DNA from: a virus
Lineage: Duplodnaviria; Caudoviricetes
Length of the DNA: 64,000 bases
Reading direction: 5' to 3' (one strand)
Virus record (IMG/VR): IMGVR_UViG_3300043429_000757
Span: 1,022-65,021 of that record
Shown here: positions 45,201 to 53,735 of the stretch, in pieces
Layout of the letters: each line of letters starts with the position of its first letter
Position numbering within the stretch: the stretch's first letter is position 1
The notes under the pieces: model-generated
Told to the model about the DNA's origin: nothing
What the model saw: only the letters and a program-made list of their open reading frames with translations
Databases searched by the model: none
Position numbers and translations under genes: made by a program

Positions 45201-46037
45201 GCCGCCTTGCCATGTGCCTCCAGAGACAACGGTGGTCCCCAGGTTCAGGGCATTGGTGCCCCACGTGACATTTTCCGGCAGGTAACCGTGCACGTCCCAT
45301 GTTCCGCCGGACGTGGAGTTGCCCATCAAAGCAATACCCGCAGCGCCTCCTGGCGACACAGTCCCGACCGTCGTAGCGGAGTTGTTTTGAATGGTCAGGG
45401 TGCCTGTGGCGTTGTTGTTGAACTGAAACGTGGTCGTGTCAGTCAACGTAGTCGCGTCAGGGAGCTGAAAGGTGTGCCCTCCGGTACCAACCAACTGCTG
45501 GTTGAAGTCGGATGCCGCGGTCAGAATTGTGACCCCTCCGGAGGCCGTTATGGTCTGCAGACCCTGGTTGATCCGATTGACAAAAATGTTCTCGTTTGCA
45601 TCCCTGAGCACCACTGAGTTGGCGCCAGAAGAGGCTGTTACTCCCGTGCCGCCGTACGCCACCCCTACGGTAGTGCCTTGCCAAGTCCCAGACGCCACTG
45701 TGCCCAAGGGCGAGACATTGCCGCTTGCGTCAAGGTTGACGGACCGGCCCGACGGGTACGTCACAAAGACGTTGACCACACCTGAAAAAGTGACCGGGCT
45801 GCCCGAATTGCTAGACGCATAGACGGTGGTTCGGGTAAGCGTGGGTCCAGTGGTGGAGTACGTGCCAAGGCCCACCTCCCAATTGCCCGCGCCGTCCGTG
45901 GCCGAGTAATAGGTGGTGTTGGTGTTGCCAACTGCACTGAACGACTGGAAGCCCTGAACTGCCCCTGTAAGCGTGAAGCTTACAGTCGTGTTAGCGGTGG
46001 CCGTCTCTTGGACGCGGTTCGCAAGGACCAAGGCCAT
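42261..46037 (-). CDS. Long tail fibre with C-terminal intramolecular chaperone (peptidase S74)
   Basis: RVQET anchor; dozens of N-x-A-[VI]-G-x-x-A-L repeats; TSDARIKQN...GFKAQD...coiled coil. Confidence 0.9.
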   Translation of the reverse strand: MALVLANRVQETATANTTVSFTLTGAVQGFQSFSAVGNTNTTYYSATDGAGNWEVGLGTYSTTGPTLTRTTVYASSNSGSPVTFSGVVNVFVTYPSGRSVNLDASGNVSPLGTVASGTWQGTTVGVAYGGTGVTASSGANSVVLRDANENIFVNRINQGLQTITASGGVTILTAASDFNQQLVGTGGHTFQLPDATTLTDTTTFQFNNNATGTLTIQNNSATTVGTVSPGGAAGIALMGNSTSGGTWDVHGYLPENVTWGTNALNLGTTVVSGGTWQGGTIQPAYGGTGLTTFVGANNALYSTGATTLTAGTLPVLAGGTGNTTGQAASVANAVTFNDGGAGGASGSTFNGSSALTVSYNTVGAPSTTGTNASGTWGISITGNAATATSAGSLTGLSANRVVYSDGSGNTTTSANLLYSGSDLTVYGITVGRGSGADASNTAIGSSVLSISSGGTDNTGVGAGALRYNLYSGNTAVGRLSQYGNIYGVSNTSVGAYSLYNLNSGGNNVAIGYYAAYGSGGTASTMYNSTAIGAYSLYNIDGGTYAAALGYQSLYSNTTGNYNSALGSLALYSNTTASNNTAVGYQSLYNNTTTGDSTAVGYQAMLNMTGSNNTAVGSASMRGSGTPASNTGYANVAIGLNSLYNVSSGATNVAVGVEAGYSISTGNNNVAIAPNALRNGGGGNGNIAIGNSSSYNFSGSNTVAIGVNALYSASGYSSNHTESVFIGYNAAGYSFYSKTGSYNTVVGGQAGYYLNSGSSNTAVGFNAGNNLNSGYANTFVGEYAGWNAYGSSNIGNVYVGKNAGYNSGNSASYNVAIGTYALDASSTSNGYNVAVGVEALGNATNTTYLTAVGAYALLSNTTGQSNVAVGADALRNNTTAGSQTAVGRGTMYNMRGGANTALGKDAMYGSATPANNTGAYNEAIGFQTLYNITSGNYNSALGSFALQYNTSGSSNVAIGYQALNSNTASSDNTAVGYQAAYLNTAAGNSCFGYRAGYNHSSGGFNTYVGRFAAGLVSGASGQFNAGIGNRALQSITSGNYNVATGASALQNLTTGSNNTAIGYQALVAVTTPSNNVAIGYSAGYATSGSVTTNAITTGAQNIYIGNFAYPSAATVTYEYVIGYDSTGKGANTGFINPNGGGVYQGNNLTTWSTTSDARIKQNFIAVENGLEVINALEPFEFDYILTGNHDVGFKAQDYMRVLPSQVSKHAASEEEKELVGEDEIYGIQRNLDPYLVSAIKALTAQVKQLQQEIAQLKGA

Positions 46038-46048
46038 TTAACGCCCCT

Positions 46049-46654
46049 TTAAGAAGTTGCAGTCGTGCTGTACGTGACGGTTACGGTGTCGCCTGCAGTC
46101 GTGATCTTCGCCGTGCCAAACGCGCCGGCACTGTACAGGGTACCAGAGGTGTTGCCTTGTGTCGAAGACGCTCCGGGCCCAGTCACCAGGAAACAACCTC
46201 CGACCGTGCCGCCCGCCCCGGTGATGGTATACGTGATTGCCGTAGCAGTCTTTGTGGTCACGTTGGCCGGGGAAGCGCCCGAAGAAGAAGCGGCACTAAA
46301 AGTGGCAGTGCCGCGAACAGGGGAACCGCCCACGGTGTAGTTGGTGAACTCGGTCCAGCCGGCATGCGAAGCCATCGTGTCGCCCGCCAGGAAGGTGGGA
46401 GCCGCACCAGAGATGAGACCCAAGAACGGGCCTACGGTGGTGTATCCCGATCCGGACAACAGCGTATCAAGCATCAGTTCTTTGCCGATCGCATTGACCA
46501 GGTTGGGGAAGCCCTCTTCCCACTTGACATTCCCGTCGGCGTCACGGCACACGATTTGATAGTGGCCGGCAATCCCCACCGACTCTGCGCCAACAACGTT
46601 GGATTGCATTGTCACCAGGGCATGATCACCAAAATTTGAAAATTCGTTCGACAT
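46049..46654 (-). CDS. Tail structural protein
   Basis: D..GNVKWE...NLV...GK...GTLYSAG.F. Confidence 0.75.
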   Translation of the reverse strand: MSNEFSNFGDHALVTMQSNVVGAESVGIAGHYQIVCRDADGNVKWEEGFPNLVNAIGKELMLDTLLSGSGYTTVGPFLGLISGAAPTFLAGDTMASHAGWTEFTNYTVGGSPVRGTATFSAASSSGASPANVTTKTATAITYTITGAGGTVGGCFLVTGPGASSTQGNTSGTLYSAGAFGTAKITTAGDTVTVTYSTTATS

Positions 46655-46663
46655 GGCGGCTCC

Positions 46664-47101
46664 TTAAACAAGTCTGATGATCGCATTGGTTTGATCATCC
46701 GGTGGAAAAACAATGGTGAAGGTACCATTGGTCGAGGCCTTGGCACCACCAAAATCCAGGACGCAGACCGACGGGTTTCCTGGAGCGGAATCATTGTAGA
46801 TCAGGGCCCCATACGCGGTGATGGTTGCACTGGTAAAAGATAGGTCAACAAAGTCCGCGATGGCCGTCGTTCCCGCCGCAGAAGGCGTGATGTTGGTGAG
46901 CGTGCCACCGCCGGCCGCATAAGTACCGGAGTTGGGCACTTCGCCTGCGCTCGTGTACGCCGTGGTCGAAGCATTGAACGACGGGGTGTTGTCGTACAAA
47001 GCCAGCTTGAACGTGCTGCCGGTGCCCGTGGTGAAGTTGTGCACGGCCTTCATGAGCTCCACCTTGAAGCTCGTGCACATGAAGTTCCCGTTGAAGGCCA
47101 T
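46664..47101 (-). CDS. Tail structural protein
   Basis: CTSFK.EL...FKLALY...GALIYN...VLDFGG. Confidence 0.8.
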   Translation of the reverse strand: MAFNGNFMCTSFKVELMKAVHNFTTGTGSTFKLALYDNTPSFNASTTAYTSAGEVPNSGTYAAGGGTLTNITPSAAGTTAIADFVDLSFTSATITAYGALIYNDSAPGNPSVCVLDFGGAKASTNGTFTIVFPPDDQTNAIIRLV

Positions 47102-47103
47102 CG

Positions 47104-47391
47104 TCAGTCCCTCATCAAGTGGGCCAGGTCCAAATGACCGGCTTGTCGCAGGCGACCCTGGATCGTCAGCCTGTCCTGCGCAATGGCCTCGTGCATGTAG
47201 AACTCCACGACGGCCTTGATGCGCTCCTTGAAAGCCCTAGCCTGCTCTCGAACGGCCGGGTGGGACTGGTCACCGACGAAGATGATCTTGTCCGCGGCGC
47301 GTTGAGAAAGCTCCTCCACCGACCACCCACGGTTATGGGTGGTCTCCACTTGGACCGGGTTGACGAGGACGGTTGGTTGCACGGAGATCAT
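47104..47391 (-). CDS. Hypothetical protein of tail module
   Basis: V.TT.NRG...EE...QARAFK. Confidence 0.75.
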   Translation of the reverse strand: MISVQPTVLVNPVQVETTHNRGWSVEELSQRAADKIIFVGDQSHPAVREQARAFKERIKAVVEFYMHEAIAQDRLTIQGRLRQAGHLDLAHLMRD

Positions 47392-48044
47392 GGGCCAGGT
47401 GAATCAGATTTGAGGGGGATGCGGATCATGCCATCGCGGTACTCATCGCGACGGCGGCGGCCCTGCTGCTCAATGCCCAGACCCTGCACAGCTTCTTTGT
47501 ACGACTGGCGGAAATACTGCATCATCTCAATCGGGCCCTTGGTGTAACTGTACGCCTGAATCAGGCAAGCGTACAGCAGCGCCTCGGGGGCATTCGTGCT
47601 GATCCACGTAGTGGGGTTGCCCGATGACAACTGCGCCGGGCGATAGATGTAGCCCAGCTCGACGTCGTAGCTTTGGGCAGGGGTGGGAGACACGTAGAAG
47701 GTGTTCTGGTCCCAGACGGAGTAATATTTCGGCACCCCTGTCTCGGTACCATCAGGCCAGTACTCCTTCATAAACGAGGTGTCTCTGAAGTCCAAAAAAA
47801 TCTGGTCATCGTTGACCTTGACCATCAGGTAGCGATGGGTCAGGATGTCCGATGGCGCGGTCAGGAACTTGTTCCCAGAGGTCAGGTTGCCCGTAACCTC
47901 CAGCTTAAAAACGTCCAGGTCAATCTCTCGAAGAATCTGGTTCTCCGCCATCGTGATGAACGTGTTGATGACGGCGCTCGTGAAGACGTTCGACTGCACG
48001 TCCGTGTAGTTTCTGATGTTGGTGACGAGTTCGTCGTAGGTCAT
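47388..48044 (-). CDS. Head-tail adaptor-like protein
   Basis: MTY.EL...I..AE..I.R...G.PKYY...P.ALLYA.L. Confidence 0.75.
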   Translation of the reverse strand: MTYDELVTNIRNYTDVQSNVFTSAVINTFITMAENQILREIDLDVFKLEVTGNLTSGNKFLTAPSDILTHRYLMVKVNDDQIFLDFRDTSFMKEYWPDGTETGVPKYYSVWDQNTFYVSPTPAQSYDVELGYIYRPAQLSSGNPTTWISTNAPEALLYACLIQAYSYTKGPIEMMQYFRQSYKEAVQGLGIEQQGRRRRDEYRDGMIRIPLKSDSPGP

Positions 48045-48391
48045 GACACGCTCACTGTAACGGAGCCCACGACCCCTTGAGAGACCACAGGCTGGCCTTC
48101 AAGGTACGGGCGCATATCGTTGGTGCCACGGGCGCTGCCGTAGCTTTGGAAAGCAGTAAAGCCGGGCGCGCCTACAAACACGGACACAGGCTCGATGCGA
48201 TCGGGCCGCGGGTCGCGTAGGGCTATAGCGTCGCCCCGGTACCGCAGCGGCTCAAGCTGGGGCTCCTTGGGCTCGTAGTCATCCGGGCAAACCATAAACC
48301 CGCGCCAGTTTTTGCGCAGGGTGTTGTATGGGTAACGCTGGCCACAGTAGTCGCACAGGGCCAGGGAGTATTTGCCGGATGCAAACGCCAT
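48041..48391 (-). CDS. Cys-motif protein (CDYCG...VCPDDYEPKEPQL)
   Basis: Start moved to MAFASG. Confidence 0.75.
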   Translation of the reverse strand: MAFASGKYSLALCDYCGQRYPYNTLRKNWRGFMVCPDDYEPKEPQLEPLRYRGDAIALRDPRPDRIEPVSVFVGAPGFTAFQSYGSARGTNDMRPYLEGQPVVSQGVVGSVTVSVS

Positions 48392-48392
48392 G

Positions 48393-49058
48393 TCATACCC
48401 CCATGTCCGGCACAAACTGGACGCTGGCGGTGTCGCGATCCTCCAGGGCAGCGCGCTGGAAGTCCTCCTCGTAGATCGCCTTCAGCGCGGCGCCACGGTC
48501 AGGAGCAAACTTCAAGGACAGGTAGTAGGCCAAACCTGAGGCCAGGCACGGCAGAAAGCGGAAGTTGACGTCCGTGGTGTTGGTGTACGCCCCTGCATCC
48601 TGGATGCGCCGAATGCGGTAGTACACGAAGGTGTAGTTCTGGTCCGCTGCGGGGTAGAAAAACACCTTGGGCACACTTGTACGCTGCACGTAGAACTGTG
48701 CAGGTCGAGCCTGCGAGGTCTTGTCAGGCACATTGAGCCAGTCCTCACGGCTGATGCGCTCAATGTAGACGTCAGTGTTGATGCCCTGGTTGTTCTGCCG
48801 AATGATGGCTTCGAGCACGTTGACCGTGTCCGTGGGCAGCGTGATCTCATTGACCCCCTGGGTCAATGAGTAAGTCGCCTGCTCGATCGTCCACAGGTTC
48901 AGACCGCGATTGGCCCAGTCAAGGAAGAGCAGATTGAGCGACCGGCGAGCCGAGTTGAGCTGATAACCGCTCGTTGCCCGAATGCCGCAGCGTTCAAACG
49001 CTTCCTCGACCAGGTCATCAACCGCCAGGTCGAACGTGGTGGTGCCCGATGTGGCCAT
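48393..49058 (-). CDS. Head-tail adaptor (P22 gp4-like position)
   Basis: EEAFERCG...ARRSLNLL..DWANRGLNLW. Confidence 0.75.
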   Translation of the reverse strand: MATSGTTTFDLAVDDLVEEAFERCGIRATSGYQLNSARRSLNLLFLDWANRGLNLWTIEQATYSLTQGVNEITLPTDTVNVLEAIIRQNNQGINTDVYIERISREDWLNVPDKTSQARPAQFYVQRTSVPKVFFYPAADQNYTFVYYRIRRIQDAGAYTNTTDVNFRFLPCLASGLAYYLSLKFAPDRGAALKAIYEEDFQRAALEDRDTASVQFVPDMGV

Positions 49059-49283
49059 TTAGCAGACCGCCCCGCCCTTTTTGTAGCCCTTGGACATCAT
49101 GCCGCCGCCCATCTTGCCAACGGGCTTGCCCATGGCCATGCGCTTGTGCTGATTCACAGCACCGCCCTTTTTCATCATGATCGGGCCCGACGTCTTGCTG
49201 GGCTCAGATGTCACGTGGTTCTTCGCGCCGCTCATCACAGCACCGCCGCCACGAGTGGCGCATCCCATACCTTTTCCAGCCAT
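49059..49283 (-). CDS. Small basic Met/Lys/Gly-rich peptide
   Basis: TRGG, MKKGG, YKKGG. Confidence 0.7.
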   Translation of the reverse strand: MAGKGMGCATRGGGAVMSGAKNHVTSEPSKTSGPIMMKKGGAVNQHKRMAMGKPVGKMGGGMMSKGYKKGGAVC

Positions 49284-49285
49284 GA

Positions 49286-49483
49286 TCAGGCTCCTTTCTT
49301 CATTGCACGGCCCTTGACGTCGGCCGTTTTACGTTTCACAGCACGGCCCATCTTGTCGGCCATGTCGGAATTCTTCATCATCGAGCCGTCAGGCATCTTG
49401 TGCATGCCTGCCATGCCGCCTTTGGCCATCTTGTTCTTGGCGGCGCGCATTCCGCGTACCGGAAGAGCTTTCTTGGTTGCCAT
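49286..49483 (-). CDS. Small basic peptide
   Basis: MAKGG, HKMPDGSMMK. Confidence 0.7.
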   Translation of the reverse strand: MATKKALPVRGMRAAKNKMAKGGMAGMHKMPDGSMMKNSDMADKMGRAVKRKTADVKGRAMKKGA

Positions 49484-49484
49484 T

Positions 49485-49730
49485 TCATCCTACCTTTCGG
49501 ATTTCATCCAACTTTGCCTCAAGCCTGTTGAACCGCTGGTCCACATGACTGAGGAATTTATCGAATCGGTCGTCAACTTCCTTGCGTGTGACATGGTCCC
49601 GGGCAACCTCTTCACGGGTCTTGTTCAAGAGAATGCCCAGTCGACTTATCTCATCAAACTTTGATTTCAACAGGAAGCCCATAACCCCCACAATCGCCGT
49701 CAAAACGACGTTCCAGATCATCATCTCCAC
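49485..49730 (-). CDS. Single-TM + coiled-coil protein
   Basis: Hydrophobic N-terminus; LLNKTREE.A...RLE.KLD. Confidence 0.7.
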   Translation of the reverse strand: MEMMIWNVVLTAIVGVMGFLLKSKFDEISRLGILLNKTREEVARDHVTRKEVDDRFDKFLSHVDQRFNRLEAKLDEIRKVG

Positions 49731-49733
49731 GGC

Positions 49734-50021
49734 TCAGCACCTCCACCTCTTTCGCGCTTGGCGAAGGCGGCTGTTGGGGTCCTTTGCCGCGTCAGGAAAC
49801 TGCTTCATCTGCCCCTCGGAACGCGCGCAATACGACGCCCTGCGCTTTGCTTCTGCCGCCGACGGTGTCTTGGTGGTCACCGCCGTCTTCAGCTTGCTGC
49901 CAGGGTTGGCCTTGCGAAACGCTGCAACGCCTTTTTTGGTCATGCCGGCGCCGTCCTTGGTGGCGCGGAAATTCCCGCTCTTCACCGAGGCCTTGATGCC
50001 CATGCCTTTGGAAGCCATCAC
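49734..50021 (-). CDS. Basic protein, DUF6321-like
   Basis: G.T.KG....NPGSKLK...RR.SYCAR..G...PNSR...A...W.C. Confidence 0.75.
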   Translation of the reverse strand: MMASKGMGIKASVKSGNFRATKDGAGMTKKGVAAFRKANPGSKLKTAVTTKTPSAAEAKRRASYCARSEGQMKQFPDAAKDPNSRLRQARKRWRC

Positions 50022-50320
50022 ACTGCCGCTCCGCCGTAAAACATGAGCATCACGCTGGTCACCTGCGCATCATTGACGTCAATGAACACGCCATCCGAGA
50101 ACAGGACGCCTACGTCAGGAAGAATGATGTCGTAAGCGCCGGCTGCTGCCGGGGTGATGACAGTGATCAATGCGGTGCCGGCTGACGTCGACCCGTTTTT
50201 CAGGGAAAAAGAGGACGCCGTCCCAGAGCATGTGTAGTAGAGGCCAGCAACACGAGTTCTACCCGCAATTGCTTGGGCATCAGCAGTCTTAGTGACTGTT
50301 TGGATGTTGCTGTTGCTCAT
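50018..50320 (-). CDS. Small virion protein
   Basis: 100 aa beta-rich, in capsid cluster. Confidence 0.7.
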   Translation of the reverse strand: MSNSNIQTVTKTADAQAIAGRTRVAGLYYTCSGTASSFSLKNGSTSAGTALITVITPAAAGAYDIILPDVGVLFSDGVFIDVNDAQVTSVMLMFYGGAAV

Positions 50321-50332
50321 GGCGAGCCCCTA

Positions 50333-50608
50333 TCAAGCAGGAGTAACGGTGGTGGCGTTAGAGCCTTTCCAAGCAGAACCTGCCGTAGCACCGGTGGCGG
50401 TGTAGATCACGCCAGTGGCGATGTCCACGACCGTTTTGCCGGTCACTTTGCCGGTGGTGTTGATGGCATTTGCAATAGCACCCAGGGCGGCTGCAGTTGC
50501 GGTAGGGAGAATAATGGTGCCAACAACGGTGCCAACGACGTCGCCGGTAATTGCGCCCTCAAAGCCATTGTCAGACTTTACCGGGCCAGAGAAGGTAGTG
50601 CGTGCCAT
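50333..50608 (-). CDS. Capsid decoration/fibre-like protein (MARTTFSGPVKS.NGF)
   Basis: Start moved to 50608 behind GAGGA. Confidence 0.75.
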   Translation of the reverse strand: MARTTFSGPVKSDNGFEGAITGDVVGTVVGTIILPTATAAALGAIANAINTTGKVTGKTVVDIATGVIYTATGATAGSAWKGSNATTVTPA

Positions 50609-50613
50609 TTCGG

Positions 50614-50692
50614 TCCTCACATGCGAGTTTTGGTGCACCTGTCTGCATGTCGTCAGCCGGGACTGTCAGATGCACCGGGGACCCCGGGATGG
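50614..50692 (-). ncRNA. Pseudoknotted cis-regulatory leader RNA candidate
   Basis: 10-bp stem GGUGCAUCUG/CAGGUGCACC; loop ACAUGC complementary to GCAUGU abutting RBS GAGGA. Confidence 0.55.
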
Positions 50693-50712
50693 GCTCAATA
50701 TACCCTATTTGC

Positions 50713-50746
50713 AAAAAAAGAAAAAGGGGCCGAAGCCCCTTTTTTC
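50713..50746. terminator. Bidirectional intrinsic terminator after MCP
   Basis: AAAAAGGGGC-CGAA-GCCCCTTTTT. Confidence 0.9.
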
Positions 50747-50774
50747 TCGGCCGGGAACTCCCAACCCTTGCTTC

Positions 50775-51683
50775 TTAGGCTGCGCCAGGCGAGCCAAAGA
50801 TGCCGCGCGGATCGCTGAAGCCGAAGCTGTAGCGCTCACGAGCCTTGTAGCGAACGTTGCCGGTGTCGAAGTCGCCCTCGAAGCCGGTTTTGATCGCCAC
50901 ACGGGTAAAGCCCTTCATGCCGTTCGGGGCGTCGGTCTTGACAAACCATGCATCCGGATCGGTCAGGAAGTGGTTCACGGTATAGCCTTGCGGCACCATG
51001 CCCATGTTCTTGATCGCGTTCAGATCATTGTCGGCAGTACCAACACGCAGAGTCGACTTCAGGATGCGGTCGGCCGTGAACATCAGCTCTTTCGGGATGA
51101 TGAGCTTCAGGCCTTGGACGGCGATCTTCAGGCCACGCTCGTCGGTGAACGCAGCAATGTCGATCAGCGCCTGCTCCAGCGAGGTCTCCGACAGGTCAGC
51201 CGGGACAGCCAGCTCGTTGCGCAGGTCGGCGGCACCCAGGGTCGGGTGGTCGTCTGCACACAGAGGCTTGCCGTCGCCGCCGATCGAGGTGGTGAACGCG
51301 CCATTGAGCACGGCCGCCGCCTTGATCTGCTTGGTCTGAGCCATCGAACGTGCCAGGGCCTTGGTGTAGCGGGCCGACAAGCGGTCGTAGAGGTTGTCCT
51401 CCACGGCCTCTTCGGTCAGCGAGAACGCCAGGGCGATGGTCTCGTGGGTGTAACGAGCCGTGTAGACCTCTTGCGCCTGGTCGTAAGCGACGCCAGCGCC
51501 CTCAGTCTTCACGGGAGCTTCGCCGAAGCCAGATTCCATCACTTCTTCCTCGAACGCGCGGTCCGAAGTTTCCATGGTGTAAATCTGCTCGTGCTCGTTC
51601 TCGTAGTTCTTGTACTCCAGGCCAAACAGAGCATTGAGACCAGGCTCAAGCTCTTTCACCAGTTGTGCACGTGAAATTGCCAT
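50775..51683 (-). CDS. Major capsid protein
   Basis: MAISR.QL.KELEPGLNALFG..Y; SDRAFEEE; YKARERYSFG.SDPRG; strong codon bias; terminator downstream. Confidence 0.9.
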   Translation of the reverse strand: MAISRAQLVKELEPGLNALFGLEYKNYENEHEQIYTMETSDRAFEEEVMESGFGEAPVKTEGAGVAYDQAQEVYTARYTHETIALAFSLTEEAVEDNLYDRLSARYTKALARSMAQTKQIKAAAVLNGAFTTSIGGDGKPLCADDHPTLGAADLRNELAVPADLSETSLEQALIDIAAFTDERGLKIAVQGLKLIIPKELMFTADRILKSTLRVGTADNDLNAIKNMGMVPQGYTVNHFLTDPDAWFVKTDAPNGMKGFTRVAIKTGFEGDFDTGNVRYKARERYSFGFSDPRGIFGSPGAA

Positions 51684-51694
51684 GATTGATCTCC

Positions 51695-52276
51695 TTAGGT
51701 GCTAAAGCCCGGCGTACCAGTGCTGCCGTACATGTGCTCATTGATCTTCACAACGAGAACGGCGTATTGGCCCATCTCGTTGCCCGGAACGTTCCACAGG
51801 CCCACTGCCTTCAGATTGGCAGAAGCACTCTCGGTGAACGTGCCACTCATGGTCATGTTGGACACGCCCGTGGTGGTGCTACCGGTGGTGCTGGCAGTAA
51901 TGTCGGCGTTGGTGCCGATATTCGCCTGGGTGGGGGTGCCAGCATTCTGGATGATAAACAACTGGTTGGGATCGTCAATCACGTCGGCCACGATCTGACC
52001 AGCAGTGATGTTGATGGAACCCGGGTAGTAGTTCTTCCAGGTGGGCTTGCCCGTGGAGGGATCGATGTAGTTGCAGCCGTTGAAAACGCCCACAGCCACG
52101 GTGTGATCCGTGTTGTTGAATTTGACCAGGTAGCCATTGTCAATGGTCACCAGATCGCCTTGGTAAATCGCCCCGGACTGGTTATCAGCAATCAGATATC
52201 CGTACTGCTTCTGGGCGCCAGTAGCGGACAAATTGCCGAGAGGACGCAGACCAAAGGGCTTGTTCACGTTTGCCAT
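51695..52276 (-). CDS. Capsid cement / minor capsid protein
   Basis: MAN...PFGLRP...IYQGDLV...GVF.GC.Y.D...DDP...F; upstream of MCP. Confidence 0.75.
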   Translation of the reverse strand: MANVNKPFGLRPLGNLSATGAQKQYGYLIADNQSGAIYQGDLVTIDNGYLVKFNNTDHTVAVGVFNGCNYIDPSTGKPTWKNYYPGSINITAGQIVADVIDDPNQLFIIQNAGTPTQANIGTNADITASTTGSTTTGVSNMTMSGTFTESASANLKAVGLWNVPGNEMGQYAVLVVKINEHMYGSTGTPGFST

Positions 52277-52304
52277 TTGATGGTTCCTTCACAAAAAGTT
52301 TTGG

Positions 52305-52787
52305 TTAGCTGCCTCGTGAACCGCTGCCAAAGGACACGCGCGATTGACGCGTGGGCTTCGTAATGACCATGCTCGAATGAGCGTTGGCCTTCATCAGTTC
52401 ATTGTCAGCAGCCTGCAATTGGTCGTTCGCACGAGTCTGGTAATGCGCGTTACGCTCTTCAATGGTCTCGTCTGGGATACGTGCAAGCAAGAGACCTCCC
52501 ACGCTGATCACGCCAGCATGTCGGCCATCTTCAACCGTTGGCACCTGGTAGTCGGGATATTCGTCGCCCCTCACCAGCTCATACCCCTCACGGAGCTTGC
52601 CGGCAATGTTGGTGCGGTCTTCAATCCCGCCTGCTTGTGCCCGAATCCAACGGTGCTTGAACCCAGGGGGAGCCGGCGGAGCATCAAGTCGAGACGGGGG
52701 AGCCCATGGCTTGCGTCGCGTATTCTTCGCACGAGATTCGGCCTCGCGCGGGGTACGGCTGAGAGTCGGAATTTTGACGTCGCTCAT
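52305..52787 (-). CDS. Conserved capsid-cluster protein
   Basis: W.PPS.LDAP..P.G..HRWIR...REGYELV...GGLLLARIP. Confidence 0.8.
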   Translation of the reverse strand: MSDVKIPTLSRTPREAESRAKNTRRKPWAPPSRLDAPPAPPGFKHRWIRAQAGGIEDRTNIAGKLREGYELVRGDEYPDYQVPTVEDGRHAGVISVGGLLLARIPDETIEERNAHYQTRANDQLQAADNELMKANAHSSMVITKPTRQSRVSFGSGSRGS

Positions 52788-52791
52788 GATC

Positions 52792-53724
52792 TCACTCCTT
52801 CACGTACTTGGCGTATTCCTCAAGTGGAACACCCAGCTTTTTGGCAATTGCAACTTGACTTGGCGTCAATTTGACAGTGCGGCGCGCATTTGAAATTCCG
52901 GAGGACCGGGAAGCAGGCGCCACAGCCTGCACGTTTCGCTGTGGCCTGTTTTGGTTGGGCGCAGCATTCTGTTGAAACTTCTGTGGGAATGTTTCACGAA
53001 TCCTGCGATCGAGCTCATGATAATACTCATCCGAGCTGGCGTCAAACCCCTCAACGGAAATAAGTTGTTTGTGAATGCCCCACGCCGCATGGGTCATCGC
53101 CGTATCCCGGCCATACCAGGGATTGCGCTCCGCCCACTCCTCGACCCGGGGGTCAACCTGGCGCGGGGGCTGCTGCATCGCCGGCTGGGGCGCCGGCTGG
53201 GCCGCGGCGGCCTGCTGTTGCGCTGCAAACTGTTGCTGATACGCCTCACGCTGCGCGGCTTGGGCCTGGATGCTACTTTGCTCGTTGGTCAGAGCAGCCA
53301 GCCGCTGCATGGCCTCAGTTTCAGTATCCACGTCCCCCTCTTCCCGGGCCTTGCGAATAATCTGTTTCAAAGCTACGGTTTGCGTCTCAATGCGGCTTTG
53401 TGCCTCGGCGACACGCTGCCCGTCCGTGTTCAGGTATTGCTGCTCAAGTTGCTGGGCCCGGGCCTGCACGCTGCGCGCATACTCCAAGGCGGCCTGTTCA
53501 CGACGCTGCGTCTCGCGCAGGCGAGCGGTCAGTTTGTCAATGCGCTTTTTGACGTTTTCGCTGTAGTCGTCGACCTCGCTGCGATGTTCCGCGGCACCAG
53601 AGGTGTCTACCGCGGGGTCCTGCGGCTGATCCAACAGTTCAGCCTTCCCCTCTTCATTGATCTCAACGGCAGCAGGCTGCTCGTCCTCTCCGATCTTAAA
53701 TTGCAAGTCCATTTGGTCCGCCAT
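52792..53724 (-). CDS. Scaffolding protein (putative)
   Basis: Acidic N-terminus, coiled coil, W..RNPWYG, C-terminal LT.SQVAIAKKLGVPLEEYAK. Confidence 0.75.
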   Translation of the reverse strand: MADQMDLQFKIGEDEQPAAVEINEEGKAELLDQPQDPAVDTSGAAEHRSEVDDYSENVKKRIDKLTARLRETQRREQAALEYARSVQARAQQLEQQYLNTDGQRVAEAQSRIETQTVALKQIIRKAREEGDVDTETEAMQRLAALTNEQSSIQAQAAQREAYQQQFAAQQQAAAAQPAPQPAMQQPPRQVDPRVEEWAERNPWYGRDTAMTHAAWGIHKQLISVEGFDASSDEYYHELDRRIRETFPQKFQQNAAPNQNRPQRNVQAVAPASRSSGISNARRTVKLTPSQVAIAKKLGVPLEEYAKYVKE

Positions 53725-53735
53725 ATTGCTCTCCT

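Noticed and set aside
38688-46037. Diversity-generating retroelement or invertible fibre cassette
   Set aside because: No reverse transcriptase or invertase; repeats do not differ specifically at adenines
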